Source of the DNA: Octopus sinensis
Lineage: Eukaryota
Direction of reading: 5' to 3'
Length of the DNA stretch: 64,000 nucleotides
Assembly: GCF_006345805.1 (NCBI RefSeq)
Contig: NC_043015.1
Coordinates: 30,938,001-31,002,000, forward strand
Made by a program: the position numbers and the translations under genes. The notes below the pieces were generated by a model. It ran no database searches and was not told where the DNA came from. It saw only the letters and a list, made by a program, of their open reading frames with translations. Positions 1 through 14,565 of the stretch are shown in pieces (position 1 is the first letter of the stretch; each line of letters begins with the position of its first letter).

Positions 1-2873
1 CACTCATCACCTCTTTATGATTGCAACTACTACTACCACCACCACCACAACACTGCTACCATCCCCCCTCCCCCCTACCTCAGAGGACATATCTAGGGTC
101 CAGCTGTCTCGAGTCTGTGGTTATCCTGACACTTTATAAAAATTTACCCCCTTCATCATCAACGCCACTAAACACCAACAACGTCACAGCCATCAATAAC
201 ACCACCAGCGACACCACCACCACCACCACTACCCTCACCATTAGCAGTGATATGACTAACGTCGTCAACAACACCACTACCACCAATGATACCATTATCA
301 ATAGCAGCAGCAGCACCATCAATAATACCATGTCACCACCGCATTTATTTAGACTGAGTTGGCAGATGATGCTGGGGTAAGAAAGGGGGGGGACTCGTCA
401 TTCATGACACACTGTTGGCTATCCATGAATGAATTAATATTTGCCTAAAATCCCCAACCCCTGTTATGCCCTGTACACACACACACATTTTGTTTATTGC
501 TCGCTAGTATCAATGTTTAATCAATCAGTGCAATGGGGCTATCAACTATTTAATCAACATTTAGAAATAAAGATATTTCCAAGATAGGTAATGAGAAATT
601 GTGAGGTTGTGATCTTCATGCCTTTCTCAAAAGGTAATACATAAACATCTTTAGAGAGGAAAAAAATTTTTTTCATTATTTACATCTACACAAAGTTCTG
701 ATTGGTTTTTGATTTCCAATCATCATTAGATGTTTCATTTCTGGATGTGTACAGCTCCACGGCATGGTGCCCTGGGCAAGTGTCTTCTACGATAGCCTTG
801 GGTTGACCAAAGACTTGTGAATGGATTTGGTAGATGGAGATTGAAAGAAACCTGTCGTGTGTGTGTGTGATTGTTCCTGTCACCTGATAACCAGTGTTGG
901 TGTGTTTACATTTCTGTAACTTAGTGGTTTGACAAAAGAGACCAATGGAATAAGTGCTAGGTTTAAAAAGAAAATAAGTGTTGCAGTCAATTAGTTCAAC
1001 TAAAATTCCTCAAGGAGGTGCCCCAGCATGGCCGCAATCTAATGACTGAAACAAGTGAAAGATAAAAGATAAAGACAATATCAGACTGGATTTGAACCAG
1101 GAATCTTTCTAAGCTAATGGGGATGCATCAGTGGCATCATGGATAAGAGTATTATTATCCTCAGCCTGAGATTCCTCTCCCAAATCCAGTCTGGTACTTG
1201 GTTCAATCCCAAAAAACAAGACAGCCATTGATGAAACATTTTTAGAGATGTGAAGATTTTATCTTTTACATGTTTCAGTCATTGGACAGCGGCCATGCTG
1301 CGGCAGCCCCTTGAAGGAGTTTGTCAAACAAATTGATCCCAGTACTTTCAGTTTTTGTCAACCAAAGTCCACTCTGAAGGCTTTGGTCAATCCAGGGTAC
1401 AGTAGAAGACACTGGCCCAAGGTGCCATGCTGTGAGACTGAAACCAAGACCACATGATTGGGATGCAAGCTTCTCAACCACACAGTCGTGACTGCACCTA
1501 CATCTTCCCAACGACATGGTTCCAGGTTCAATCGCACTGGATGACACCTTGGGCGTGTGTTTCCTTTTGTAGCCTCAGGCCAACCAAAGCTTTGTGAGTG
1601 ACCAGTTGTCAAATGGTGGTGCAAGACACACACACACACACACACACACATGATGGGCTTCCTTCAGTTTCCATCTATCAAATCTACCCACAAAATTTTT
1701 TTTTTAATCTGGTACTTATTTTACTGATCTCTTGCTGAACCACTAAGTTACAAGAACATAGACAAACCAACACTGGTTGTCAAGCAGTGATAAGGGAACA
1801 AACACAAAGACACACACACAGACACACAATGTACATGACAAGCTTCCACACCAAATTCACACACAAGGCATTCATTGGCTCAGGGTTATAGTAGAAGACA
1901 CTTGCCCAAGTAGGAGTGAACCCAAAGCTATTTTGCTGCAAAGTGAACCTCTTAACCCACTAACTTGTGCATATAATATTGACCGTTTTTCTCCTCTTCA
2001 AAGGTGAGGTCAATTGTTTGAAAAATGAATAATCAATACTTTCGGAAAAAAGCATCAACGCCACAACTTCACAATTTCTCATTAACATTTCTGACTCCAC
2101 TTGAGATGTAAATATTGGGAAAACGATGTTGATAGTCCCCCAAAATTACAGTTGTCAATAAGTCAGATAATTACATGAGGTAGACAACATTATGTAGACC
2201 ACAGTACGTTAAGGCAGCTTACAGTTTAGGTTTAGCTTTGGTTCTGCTATGTTTAGGTCAAGGTGTCTTGACTTTACTGCTATAGCCAGCCACTGTTCAC
2301 ATATGAGACAGCACAGACAGAGAGTCAGCTGATGAGGAGGTGCTTGTGCAATTACGCTTCTTAGAGATATTCTCTTTGTTAACTGTTTTACTTGGTTTTT
2401 TTTTTCCTGTCTGGTTTCAGTCGTTGGACTGTAGTAATGCAGGAGTATCTCACCTCTTTCGAGTCGATTATATTGACTCATGATTCTTGTTTCGGTTTTG
2501 GTACTTGTGTTATTGATTCTCATTAGGGAACGGTTATTACACTTTCGACACAAAGGGATGCTGTTTGACATGTCGGTTTATACCAGTAGACATTAACACA
2601 GACTCGTGTGTGTACACGTGTGTAGGTGTATTGGTGCAGTATGGCCAAATACACACACACATACATACATACACACATATATTATCTTTTCCTTGTTTCA
2701 GTCATTAGACTGTGGCCATGCTGGGGCACCACCTTGAAGATGTTCAGTTGAACTAATTGACCCCAGTAGTTATCTATTTTAAAGCCTGGTACTTATTCTA
2801 TCGGTCTCTTTGGCTGGACTGCTAAGTTACAGGATGTAAACACACCAGTACCAGTTGTCAAACGGTGGTGGAA

Positions 2874-2913
<40 letters not shown>

Positions 2914-4051
2914 ATGGGATTCCTTCAGTTTCCGTCTATCAAATCCACTCACAAAGCTTTGGTTCTACTATACCTTGGATTGACCAAAGCCTTCAGAGTG
3001 GATATATTCTAACACTGATTTACACCTGTTATTTCTATATTTATTTGTAAAAATATATATGTACATAAAATTTTTTCATAAAAAGTGTTAAAAACTGATT
3101 TCTTTTACATAAATATTACTGCAGCAAACCCAGTATTCTAGCATTCTCATCTATAAAAAAACTCTGTGGTATGTGTATATAATGTCTATATCTATATAGA
3201 TAGGGCGGCAAGCTGGGAGAGACGTTAGCACACCGGGCGAAATGCTTAGCAGTATTTCGTCTGCCGTTATGTTCTGAGTTCAAATTCCGTCAAGGTCGAC
3301 TTTGCCTTTCATCCTTTTGGGGGTCGATAAATTAAGTACCAGTTATGTACTGGGTTCGATGTAATCGACTTAATACCTTTGTCTGTGCCCCTCTATGTTT
3401 AGCCCCTTGTGGGCAATAAAGAAATAATAACATCTGTATCTATGTCTCGTAAGCTGCAGGACCATTGTTTCCTAGTCCACTTTTCTATGGTAGCATGGGT
3501 CAAATGGAATTTGTTGAGGCAATTTTTTTTAAGGCCAGATGCCCTTTCTACTGTCAACCCTCATCTGTTTTCAAGAAAGGCAGTAGTTCCCTGTGGCCGG
3601 ACACGTTTTCATGGAAGATTGGAAATTAAGGACACCCGTTGTATGACAGTGATGCTTGTTTACATCAATCATGCAAAGACAAGAAGACGGTAAAACACAC
3701 ACACACACACAATGGGTTTCTTTCAGTTTCTATCTACCAAATCCACTCACAAGGCTTTGCTCAGCCTGGGGTTATAGTAGAAGGTGCTTGCTCAAGGTGC
3801 CAGGGAATGAGACTGAATCCGAAGCCATGTGGTTAGGAAGCAAACTTCTTAACCATACAGCCGTGTGTGGTGTGTGTATGCATATGCATGTGTGTGTATA
3901 TGGATGTGTGTGTGTGTGTGTGTGTAATATTGATCTCCAACTTAACGTGGAGGTTGTGATAGAATACAGATTACTGCATTATTTACTTTGAGAGAAACTT
4001 TGATAAGGACCCATGTTTGCTTCTGTTGCAATTAATTATTTAGATATTCAC

Positions 4052-4084
<33 letters not shown>

Positions 4085-5086
4085 GTAACTTGCAATAAGA
4101 ACTGACTCAGACTAAGACAATCCACCCAACTTATATCAGATATAAAATGACGGTGATAATAATCTTATCCTTCCTTCTTATATATTATAACTTTATACTC
4201 CTTAAAAATACTAAGTTTGAGAATCCCCTAAAGCTTGAACAACTTATATTGGCAAATGGGGGTTAGAAAATATGAAATACATGTAAAACTATATTAAACA
4301 AACACAGTACATCTGTTATTTCTGTGGTGAATAACTTGTATCAGATAAAAGGTAGAGCAAACCTCTCTGGGATTTGAACTCAGAAATGCGAAAACAATGT
4401 AATCAGATCCTACAAAACATTTTGTCCAACACTATAATGATTCTGCTGATCCAAAGGCCATGTTATGATAGTAATTCTTCCTGCTTTTGGCACAAAGTCT
4501 GCAATTTTGAGGGAAGGTGGCAAGTTGATTACATTGGCCTCCAGTGAAAGGATTGAAAGACTAAGTTGACCTTGGCAGGATTTGAACTCAGAACATAAAG
4601 AGGAAGAAGAAAATCCACTAAACATTTGGGGGATGGATTATTCAATTAACTTACTAATACTTTATTTTATTGACCTCAGAAAGATGAAAAGCAAAGTTAA
4701 CTTCAGCAGGAGTTAAACTCAATGATAATCATCATCATCAACATTTAATGTCTGTTTTCCATGCCGGCATGGGTTAGATGGCTTGACAGGAACTAACAAG
4801 GCCAGGGGCTGCACCAGCCCCCATAGTCTGTTTTGGCTTGGTTTCTACAGCTGGATGCCCTTCCTAATGCAAACCACTCTACAGAAGTGCACTGGGTGCT
4901 TTTCACATGGTACCAGCACCATTGTATGTTATGTAGCACAGCACCCAGAAGCACAAGGCCAGAAATTTTAGTGGAAGGGCTAAACCAATTACATTGACCC
5001 CAGTGTTCAACTGGTACTTATTTTATTGATCCTTAAAAGATTGAAAGCCTAAGTGGATTTTGGTAGGATTTGAACTCGGGATGATA

Positions 5087-5619
5087 GTGCCAAATTTCTG
5101 ACAGTAATGAGATATTGATGAAAAGGGGTACAGTTAATTTGATGGACCTAAGAACTTGCTAAAGGTGCGTGAAGGTAGGAATACAATTGAAACTCCAACG
5201 TCTGGCAGCTGACTTAGCGGACACCCATAAAATTATCAACCATCTTACAAACAATAACTCTGAGCACCTTTTCAAACTCCACCCGCGGACATATTTACAA
5301 AGTCAGAAAACAGCACAGCTCCCATGACTTTAGGAAACATTTTTTCACACTAAGAGTTGCTGAAGCATGGAACAAACTGCCGGCATCAGTTGTTAGTTGT
5401 CGGAGCACTGCATCCTTCAAAACTTCCATGCTTTCTGAGATTCGTCAACACTACACCTGATTTTCTCCCCTCCATACACACAAGCAAGCATGTATCTGAC
5501 TCATATACACTGTTCGCTTTCCAGACATTTCTACATTACTGAATATGCTTTATACACACTTTTGACAAGTTGTGGTGCACCTGAGCACTGTATACAATAA
5601 TTTCATTATTATTATTATA
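5087..5619 (+). mobile_element. CR1/L2-type LINE 3' end
   Basis: HDFRKHFFTLRVAEAWNKLPASVV-type ORF2 end, 3' UTR and (ATT)n tail. The same 3' end recurs at ~59780-59852. Confidence 0.8.
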
Positions 5620-7950
5620 AGTAATAACCAAAGAAGAATTTAGAGTGAATTAGAATCAACTGGTAACACAGAGGTTGGATGTAAAGGGTATTTGTGGTGG
5701 AGGTGGGACAGACCTAGGGAGATTTGCAACAGCAGGTAGATGATGATGATGACAGAGGTGAAGTCACACAGGTGAGGTCTAAGATAGGAATGCAGACTAA
5801 TATAAGTGAAGTTATAATATTGATGTTGATGGTAGGGATGGCGGTGGTGAAGGTGGTGGTGGAAACTGGTATGAATAATTAAGAAGATAAGAAGAGTTCC
5901 AGTGTATGGGAGGGTGATGGGAGACGACTGAGAAATGTTCTGGTCCCCCTTCCATTCCATTACATTAAATTAATGCCTTACATGGGTGGAACACTGAGTA
6001 AACTGCTGTGGAATTCACAATGCAATAACACCAGCACCAGCACCACCAATTATCTGTTTTAATTCCTTACACATCTAGACTTGACTAATAGTAATAATAA
6101 TAATAATAATAATCATCGTTTAACGCCCGTTTTCCATGCTAGCATGGGTTGGACAGTTCCACCGGAGTCTGGGAAGCCAGGAGGCTGCTCCAGTCTGATC
6201 TGGTAGTGTTTCTACAGCTGGATGCCCTTCCTAATGCCAACCACTCAGTGAGTGTAGTGGGTGCTTTTTATGTGTCACCGGCACAGGTGCCAGGGGAGGC
6301 TGGCAACAGCCACGATTGGTTGGTGCTTTTTACATGCCACCGACATGGAAACCAGTCAAGGCAGCACTGGCATTGACCCAATAAGGAGGAAAGAAACTTC
6401 TCTTTGGTGAGGTTTGAACTTGGGATATAAAGATCTGGATGAATTTGAACTCGGAACGTAACGACAGACGAAATACGGCTATGCATTTCGCCCGGCGTGC
6501 TAACGTTTCTGCCAGCTCGCCACCTTTGCCCAAGTAATAATAACTCAGGTCTTCAGCATTTAAGCTGGCCATATCCTTTCAAAATATTCTAACAGTTTTA
6601 TGCTCAAAACAGGCCAGATAAGGCCTCTCACGCCGACTCTATGAAATCGTTCTAAAAATAGATGATGCCTAATTAATTCAAAACAATGTGAATAAATAAG
6701 CATAACATTTGACAGAGCAAATCTGGATGCTAAAAGGTTAAATCAAATATCAAAGCACGAATTCAACGATAAATAAAAATAACACTGGCAGACATACCGT
6801 CACAAACTGAAGTTCAAGCAAACTGGGTCATCATCATCATCATCATCATCATTTAATGTCCAGTTTTCCATGCATTTGTTGAGGCAGATGTTCCTTCCTG
6901 TCACCATTCTATGAGTTTCCAAGCAAAGTAATATTCCTCCATGGCCAGACATGTTTTCCAAAGAAGACTGGAAATGAAAAACATTGTTTGTAGGGCAGTA
7001 AATGCTTGTTTACAACTATCATGTAATGCTGCGCTGTCAAGAGAAGGGTACACACAAACGCACATGTATATATATGTGTGTGTGTGTGTGTGTATACATA
7101 CATGCACATATATATGTAGGGAGAGTTTACAAAAAAAAACAAACAAAAGACGAAGACAGGTGGTGTACAAAACAAACAGATGTATTAGTATAACACTCAG
7201 GAATAGAAAAAGTCTTTTACGTTTCGAGCCTATGCTCTTCTACAGAAAGGGACACGAAATGAAGTACTTTGTTCAACACAATGCGCTGGTGGTCTGGGAA
7301 TTGGAACCACCATTTTATGATCATGAACCCAACACCCTAACCATGAGGCCACGTAACACACACACTGTCTCACTTCTTACATATACTTCATACATGCACA
7401 CACACACACACACACACACAGAAGTTCTTTGTTAGTAACAGAGATAATTTATTCTTTTCTACTATAGGCACAAGGCCTGAAATTTTTGGGGAGGAAGCCA
7501 GTCGATTAGATCGACCCAGTACGTAACTGGTACTTAATTTATCGACCCCAAAGGGATGAAAGACAAAGTTGACCTCAGCAGAATTTGAACTCAGAACGTA
7601 AAGACAGACGAAATACCTGTTTCTTTACTACCCACAAGGGGCTAAACACAGAGAGGACAGACAAACGGATTGAGTCAATTATATTGACCCTAGTGCGTAA
7701 CTGGTACTTATTTAATCGATCCTGAAAGGATGAAAGGCAAAGTTGACCTCGGCGGAATTTGAACTCAGAACGTACCGGCAGACGAAATACCATTAAGCAT
7801 TTCTCCCAGCTTGCCCCCTTACAGAGATAATTTATTGAGGGCAATTTAGCCTCAAAGTTACTACACTGAAACATCCTCATAGGATTATAGTGTTGAACAA
7901 TCCAGTTCAACACCACAAACTCTTTCATGGGCACTTCCAGTGGAGTTCAC

Positions 7951-8362
7951 AGATCTTTTCGGTTTGAACGGCAGTTTTTAAAATAATTTCCACGTAACTA
8001 AACACTTTTAAACTTCGTATACTGGTAGAATGTGTTTATAAAACATCTTTTTCTCTTGGCTTTCTTGAGAAAATTCTACGGTTTGTAAGATATTTGTAGT
8101 TTTTTTTCTTCAATTTCTGCAATTTCAATCAATCACTGACGTCTATTGAGGTAAAAAACATTCTGTGCTGTATGAATATGTCCCTCGTTTAAGAAACAGA
8201 TTGGGCTTATTTACATTTCTGAAGAAAAAAAAGATACCCTTTCCCCCACCCCTAACCCTGAAACAGATTGAAATACAATAGATCGATACTAGGGTCATAA
8301 TTATGGGTGACAATTTCATATGACACCGCTAGAAAAAACTGCCGTTCAAACCGAAAAGATTT
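7951..8362. mobile_element. MITE with ~29-bp TIRs and 8-bp TSD
   Basis: agatcttttcggtttgaacggcagttttt ... aaaaactgccgttcaaaccgaaaagattt, flanked on both sides by gagttcac. Confidence 0.88.
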
Positions 8363-11300
8363 GAGTTCACTGATGCAGGCATTTGTTTTACTTGTATATG
8401 TGATCAAGTTGAGCAACCTAAATGTCAGTTGTCTGGGGGCAGGGCTGGGGCTGGAAGGGGACTACAATTATCAACAGTCATTGTTTTACTCCTTGGACTA
8501 ATTTACTGAAACAAAAACGAGTTTACTTCTGGAAGTGACGTAAATATTTTTGCTAATTTCAAACAATCATCTTTCTTAAGACTCTTGTTAATCTCTTCCT
8601 CTAATTCTTTGTCAGTGTGTCTGCCAGTCTGTCTGTATGTCCCACTTAATTGCAGTCAGTTAATTATAATAATAATAATAATAATATATACATAAGACTT
8701 CAGATTGTCATTAGCAAAATAGACCAAGCTGGCTTTGAACACGTGTCACACAGACACTCACTTTGACTCACTCTTTTCTACTCATACAAACACAGACCCA
8801 CAATCACTAAATCTCTGTCACTTTCATCCCCACCTTTCTCACACTCACACACAAACATATACTCACTCTCTCACTTTTGTTTACTCACTCTTTCACTTAT
8901 ACTCACACACACACAGCAAACCAATGGACTATGTACTGGAATGCAAAAATAAATGGAAAAAAAAAAATTCTATTTATCTTTATCATGAATATTCATATTT
9001 CTGAGTTATGGTTGTAGAATATATGATTTGTTTTTACTATGAATAACTTTGCTTTTATCTGATATAAACCACATAAATTTATCTCTGAGTTTCAGTGATT
9101 ACATTCCATGTCTATGACACAGCAAGTTTAATAAATCAGGTACATCTTTCTTTTAGATTCAACAATAAAAATAACTAAATAACCAAACACAGGGAAATAA
9201 CATAGTTCTCCACCCCAATCCACAAGACCCCCCCCACAAAAAAAATCACACCTCTCCCTTAAATGTCTGTGGTGGAAGAGATTCCCTGTCAAATGTTACA
9301 AAATCTACTTGATACTCCCTGTAACCTACTAGAGCCCCTCAGGCTGCATGCCAACTGATTAGGGTTCCTTGTGACCCAAGATGATCTAGGGACACAATGT
9401 TGCTTGCAAAATAGGAGATATGTCGTTAAAAAGAAATGATAAAGAAATAAGGTTCTGAGCTTGAATGAGTCAAATAGAATTTGTTGAGGAAGATTCTATT
9501 ACGGCTGGATGCCCTTCCCGTTGCCAACCCTCACTTGTTTTAAAGCAAGGTAATATTTTCCAATATCTGGATACGTCTTTCATGGAAGATTGGAAACAAA
9601 CAACTTCACCTGTTATAACGATGATGCTCATTTATAACTGTCACATGATGTCTAGATAAGCGTATACACAAACAAACACAAACATACATATGTATGTATA
9701 TACATACATACATACATGCACATATACTTGGTCCACTCTGTGGGATGGTTGGTGTTAGGAAGGGCATCTGTAAGAGCAACTGTAAAGACCATGCCAAAAC
9801 AGATACAGTAGCTTGACCTGCTACTGTCAAACTGTCCAACCTGTGCCAGCATGGAGGCAGACATTAAATGATAATAACATGATATATGCCAGATTTCTTT
9901 CAGTTTCTGTCTACCACATCTACTCACAAAGCTTTGGTTGGCCTGAGGCTATAGTAAAAGACACTTGTTCAAGTGCCATACAGCAAAACTGAACCTACAA
10001 CCACATGGTTGGAAATCAAGCTTCTTAACCACACAGCCACATCTGCTCCTTAACTGCACATTATTGTTTTACATATTTTCCCTTAATCTCCAGAGGTTTG
10101 TAACAAAGATGAAAGGTCTGGAACACTCAAGTTGTTGCAGGTCTCATCCCGTTACATTAAATTATTTGTCGAAGGAAAACCAAGACTTTGAATATCTTCA
10201 ACAGCATAAATAATATTTATTTTTTCTGGATTCGCAATAATATAATTTTCATCTGTCTTGCCTGCATATTGTTCTGGTGTCCACTGAATTTTTTTCTCTA
10301 GAGAACATTCTTTTCTTTGTAGTTTGATTGTAGGTGATCTACTTCTAGCATATGGCTGACCACATAGTGGTTCTTTAGCCCTTTAAATATACATATATAT
10401 ATATTTCCTTCAGGGCGAACTGGTAGCCATGGGCCATGGAGCTAGTCACAGGAGTTAAATGGTGTGAGCCAAATGCTGTCTCGAACAAGCATGGTGTAGC
10501 TTCTCCACATGTTGGCTTGCTTGGGAGAGCCGTGAGGATGCGTCTGTTCAATTCGGTGTCCGCTTCAAGAGAGAGATCGATACAGCGAGAAATCTTGTTG
10601 TTGCTAGTTCTCTGCACATGAGGGAACTTCTGGCGGCCTCCTGGAAGAAATCCAACTCTGCACATGCGAGCGGAAGACTTCCGAAATGGCATCACTACAG
10701 GTTCATAGATTGCAGGCAACCCATGAGTGTTTCCTTATGATGTAAAATGGAATTTGGGAAACTTATTATTTGCAAGAAAAGTACTGTGTTGTTAAAAAAA
10801 TAATTGCCACAGCCATACAAGCAGTCCTTCATTTCCAAATATTCTGTGAGAACGTCTGGCTATGAGGAAATATTACCTTGATTGGAAGCAGGTAAGGGTT
10901 GAAGGCTGTAGAAAATCTTGCTCCATAAATTGTGATATACATAGATATATTCTACTGGTATAAAGTTGTTTCCCAGTTCATTACATCTTAACATAACGAG
11001 ATCTATATTCAAACTGGTACACTGTTTGCACTTATTTTTTAGAAACATCCAAATATTAGATGTAATATTGATCTCAAATTTTGGCATAAGGCCAGCAATT
11101 TCGGGGGAGTGGGTAAGCTGATTACATCGACCCCACTACTCAACTGGTACTTATTTTACCAACCCCGAAAGGATGAAAGGCAAAGTCATCCAAGGTGGAA
11201 TTTGAACTCAGAATGTAAAGATGGATGAAATACCATTAAGTATTTCCTACGGCATGCTAACAATTCTGCCAGCTCGCCGCCTTCAAATATATATATATAT

Positions 11301-12114
11301 ATCATCATCATCCTTATTTAACATCTGTCTTGCATGCTAGAATGTGTTGGACAGTTTGACAGGAGCTGGCTAGGCACCAGACTTCTGTGTCTGTTTTGGC
11401 AGGGTTTATATGGCTGGATACCTTTCCTAATACCAACCGCCCAGCAGAGTCCACTGCGACCATTTTAGTTATGTTACTGGCATTGTTAGAACCACATTGA
11501 TCTCCTTTAAACATCTCAAACTCAGATTTATTCTATACACAAATATTTATGCAAATTTACAGTTTACATCCTGTATACTGGCCACAGCTGGTCTCTTTGG
11601 AATAATTTTTCAACAAGTACATCCTCTAATCATTTCAAATAACGGAAATCTCTATACACACTAAGTTCCCCACACCTTCTACTTAACCTCCCTTAGCATC
11701 ACAGACCACACAGTAACTTAGATAAACACTTGAGTTGATTCCTTCACAAAACAGCATGATTTTTTTAATGCTATAACTGCGAGAAAATATTACAATTTGA
11801 ACGTTTTGAGACCAACCACCCACCCACCTACCCAAGACCTCTCCAGGTTTTATAACACAAAACCATCTGTTTTATCATTTATACTTACATGCAAAAACCT
11901 TCCATCATCGTTTTAAGTTAAGAACATTTTTGTTCAGTTATATTGTAAACACCAGCTTTCTGTTTTTGCTGCTTTAGTGGATTCCCATGACTCTCTGTTG
12001 CCATTCCAATTCCAACACTAGGTGAGACAAGCTGGCACTGAATTAGCTTCGCTGATTGATGGGTGACGGTCTCGTTTAGAGAATGTGTGGGCTAAGACTA
12101 CGTGCCTTTATTGG

Positions 12115-12452
12115 TCAGTTAAAGTTGAGACAGTGTCATGTGACAACTTGCTGGAGCTGCCTGATGGAGCCTAGCAGCAGGTATTTAAAGGGAAAATTTT
12201 GACAAGACAGTCAGTCGTCCATTGACACTCGTTGACACTACATCGAAGAGGCCAGGAAACAGAAGAAAGAAGAAGACATGCACCCAACACCAGAGCTGAA
12301 GACACCTCCAAAAGCGGGGGTCCTGCCATGTCAAAACGGTAGAGGAGTAGGGGCCGAAACCAGACGTGGTTCCTCCTGTTGATGTCTTGAGCTAACTGGA
12401 TCCTATAAAGGAGCTGTTGTGGCAGCAGACCACGAAACACGGTTGAAATTCC
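12115..12452. repeat. Unclassified ~340-bp interspersed repeat; second copy at 42817-43151
   Basis: Both copies start gtcagttaaagttgagacagtgtca and end cacggttgaaattcc. Confidence 0.85.
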
Positions 12453-14010
12453 TTCCCCAAATTTAAATCGAGAGTTCAAGTCATAGTGAATCTTTCATTA
12501 GCTGATTACATTGAAGTTGCTCTCTTGAAAGAGCATGGTGATCCTGACTATTGATCTAGGATTCCTCCACTCAGCATCAATATAAGAAGCACTGTTGGCT
12601 CAGTTGAGCTCTTCTGCTACCTTCTCATAATCTGCCATGTTGTAGTTCCACGACACCAGCTTCATAAACAAGAAATTATTTACTTTTATTAAATCTTTCC
12701 AAATTCTTGATTATTTTAAAAACTGATCTACATATTTATAGTGCATCTAGTAACGGAAGTGATAATACTCTAATCCATCAAATTTCCCTATGAAATATTA
12801 CAAATTTGTATAAGGTGGATCCTGTTTTAACATGTTCTATTTTTAGAGGATAAAGTTCCCTTGGGTGAACTGATAGTGACCTTGAAATATAAAAAAAACA
12901 AACATTAAGTGGTGACTGATAATTGTGAGGATGAAGATAGTAGCAATGTAGTTCTGATAATGGTGATGATGATGATGATGAAAGTAGTGGTGCCCATGCT
13001 GCTGTTGCAAGTGATTAAGATGATGTGTTTATAATTATTTGGCAGATGGAGGCAAACTGGGCCAAAAAATGTTTCCTGTTCAAATATTCTTTGAAAGTAA
13101 ACAGTTTCTCCATCCGCAAGAAAGAACGCAGTAATTATACATGCATATCTCATTAATAATAAGTAGTTTGCTTAACATATATTTTGATATGTAGGTTATG
13201 TTGTCTATTTTTTACACACACACCTTCAGTTAGTTTGAAGATCTACATCATGCATATAAGGAATGGATTAAAAGAACCAGTGCCAGGCAGGTAAGAAACA
13301 AATTAACAAAAAGCAAAAAGGATCATTAAGTGAGTGTTGTGTAGGAAAACCCCCATCTTTCTCCCTTTCCGGAACCTTTACGTGTGTGCGTATGTGCGTG
13401 TGTATTTATGTATGTCTTTGTGTTTGTCCCTCACTACCACTTGACAAGTAGTGTTGGTTTGTTTACATCCCTGTAACTCAGTGGTTTGGCAAATGAGACC
13501 AATTGAATAAGTACTATACCTAAAAGACCAATAAATAGTTGGGTCAATTAGTTCAACTAAACCCTTCAAGGCAGTGCCTTAGCATGGCCACAATCCAATG
13601 ATAGAAACAAGTAAAAGATTAAAAAGATGAAACTGGCCAACTGTCGTTGACAGAGGGCTTTAGGAATTACATCTATAATCCATGCAAATAACAGGAGCAT
13701 AGTTATCTCTAACTCTTAAATAATTCCAGCATTATTCTGGTTTATATTCCATGCAATAATAATGGTTTCAAATTATGGCACAAGGCCAGCAATTTTGGGG
13801 AAGGGGCTAAATTGGTTACATCAACCCCAATACTCAACTGATACTTTTGTCAACCCTTAAAGGATGAAAGGCAAAGTTGACCTCAGCAGAATTTGAACTC
13901 AGAATGTACAGACACATGAAATACACCTAAGCATTTTGCCTGGTGTGCTAACGATTCTGTCAGCTCACCACCTTATAACATGCAATACTTATCCCAGCTT
14001 AAGTGATATA

Positions 14011-14565
14011 TTGGGTTGTCCGGGAAGTTCGTGCCGATTTATAATAGCTTACCTTTTGACTTGGTTGAATCCATGAAATAGGATTTGACTACATCTCCGT
14101 TTAGAGCACAGTTTAAGCTATCTTTTCGTGGAAGAAGGTTTATGTTCCTATAACCTGTGTTAATTCTGTAACCCTTTAAAATGGAAGATAAGAAAGTTCA
14201 TTTTCGGCACTTGGTGATTTGGGAACCAGACAAAAATTGCTGCAGCTCGGCTGGGATGTGTTACCCCCACCCTCCATATTCACCAGATATTGCTCCTTTG
14301 GATTTCCACTTATTCAGATCTCTGCAGAATAGTCTTAATGGTAAAAATTTCAATTCCCTGGATGACGTAAAAAGATACCTTGATGAATTCTTTGCCATGA
14401 AACCAGCTCAATTCTGGGAAGAGGGTATTTTCAAGTTAAAGGAAAGATGGAGATGCATTGTGCAACAAAATGGTTCAGATTTGGTTGATTAAAAATGTAA
14501 TGGCAAGTATTTATTGACCTTTTTCTATCCTTTAAAAATCGGCACAAACTTTCCGGACAACCCAA
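14011..14565 (+). mobile_element. Internally deleted mariner (mellifera-subfamily-like)
   Basis: 30-bp TIRs ttgggttgtccgggaagttcgtgccgattt / aaatcggcacaaactttccggacaacccaa with TA on both sides. The N-terminus MEDKKVHFRHL is joined to the C-terminus HPPYSPDIAPLDFHLFRSLQNSL. Confidence 0.93.

Noticed and set aside
21-380. Thr/Asn-rich mucin-like ORF
   Set aside because: Degenerate (CAC/CAA)n low-complexity sequence with no splice or domain support.
2329-2370. CTGATGA as a hammerhead core
   Set aside because: No GAAA or paired stems at suitable spacing.
8250-8260. CCCTAACCCT as interstitial telomere
   Set aside because: Fewer than two units, and it lies inside a MITE.
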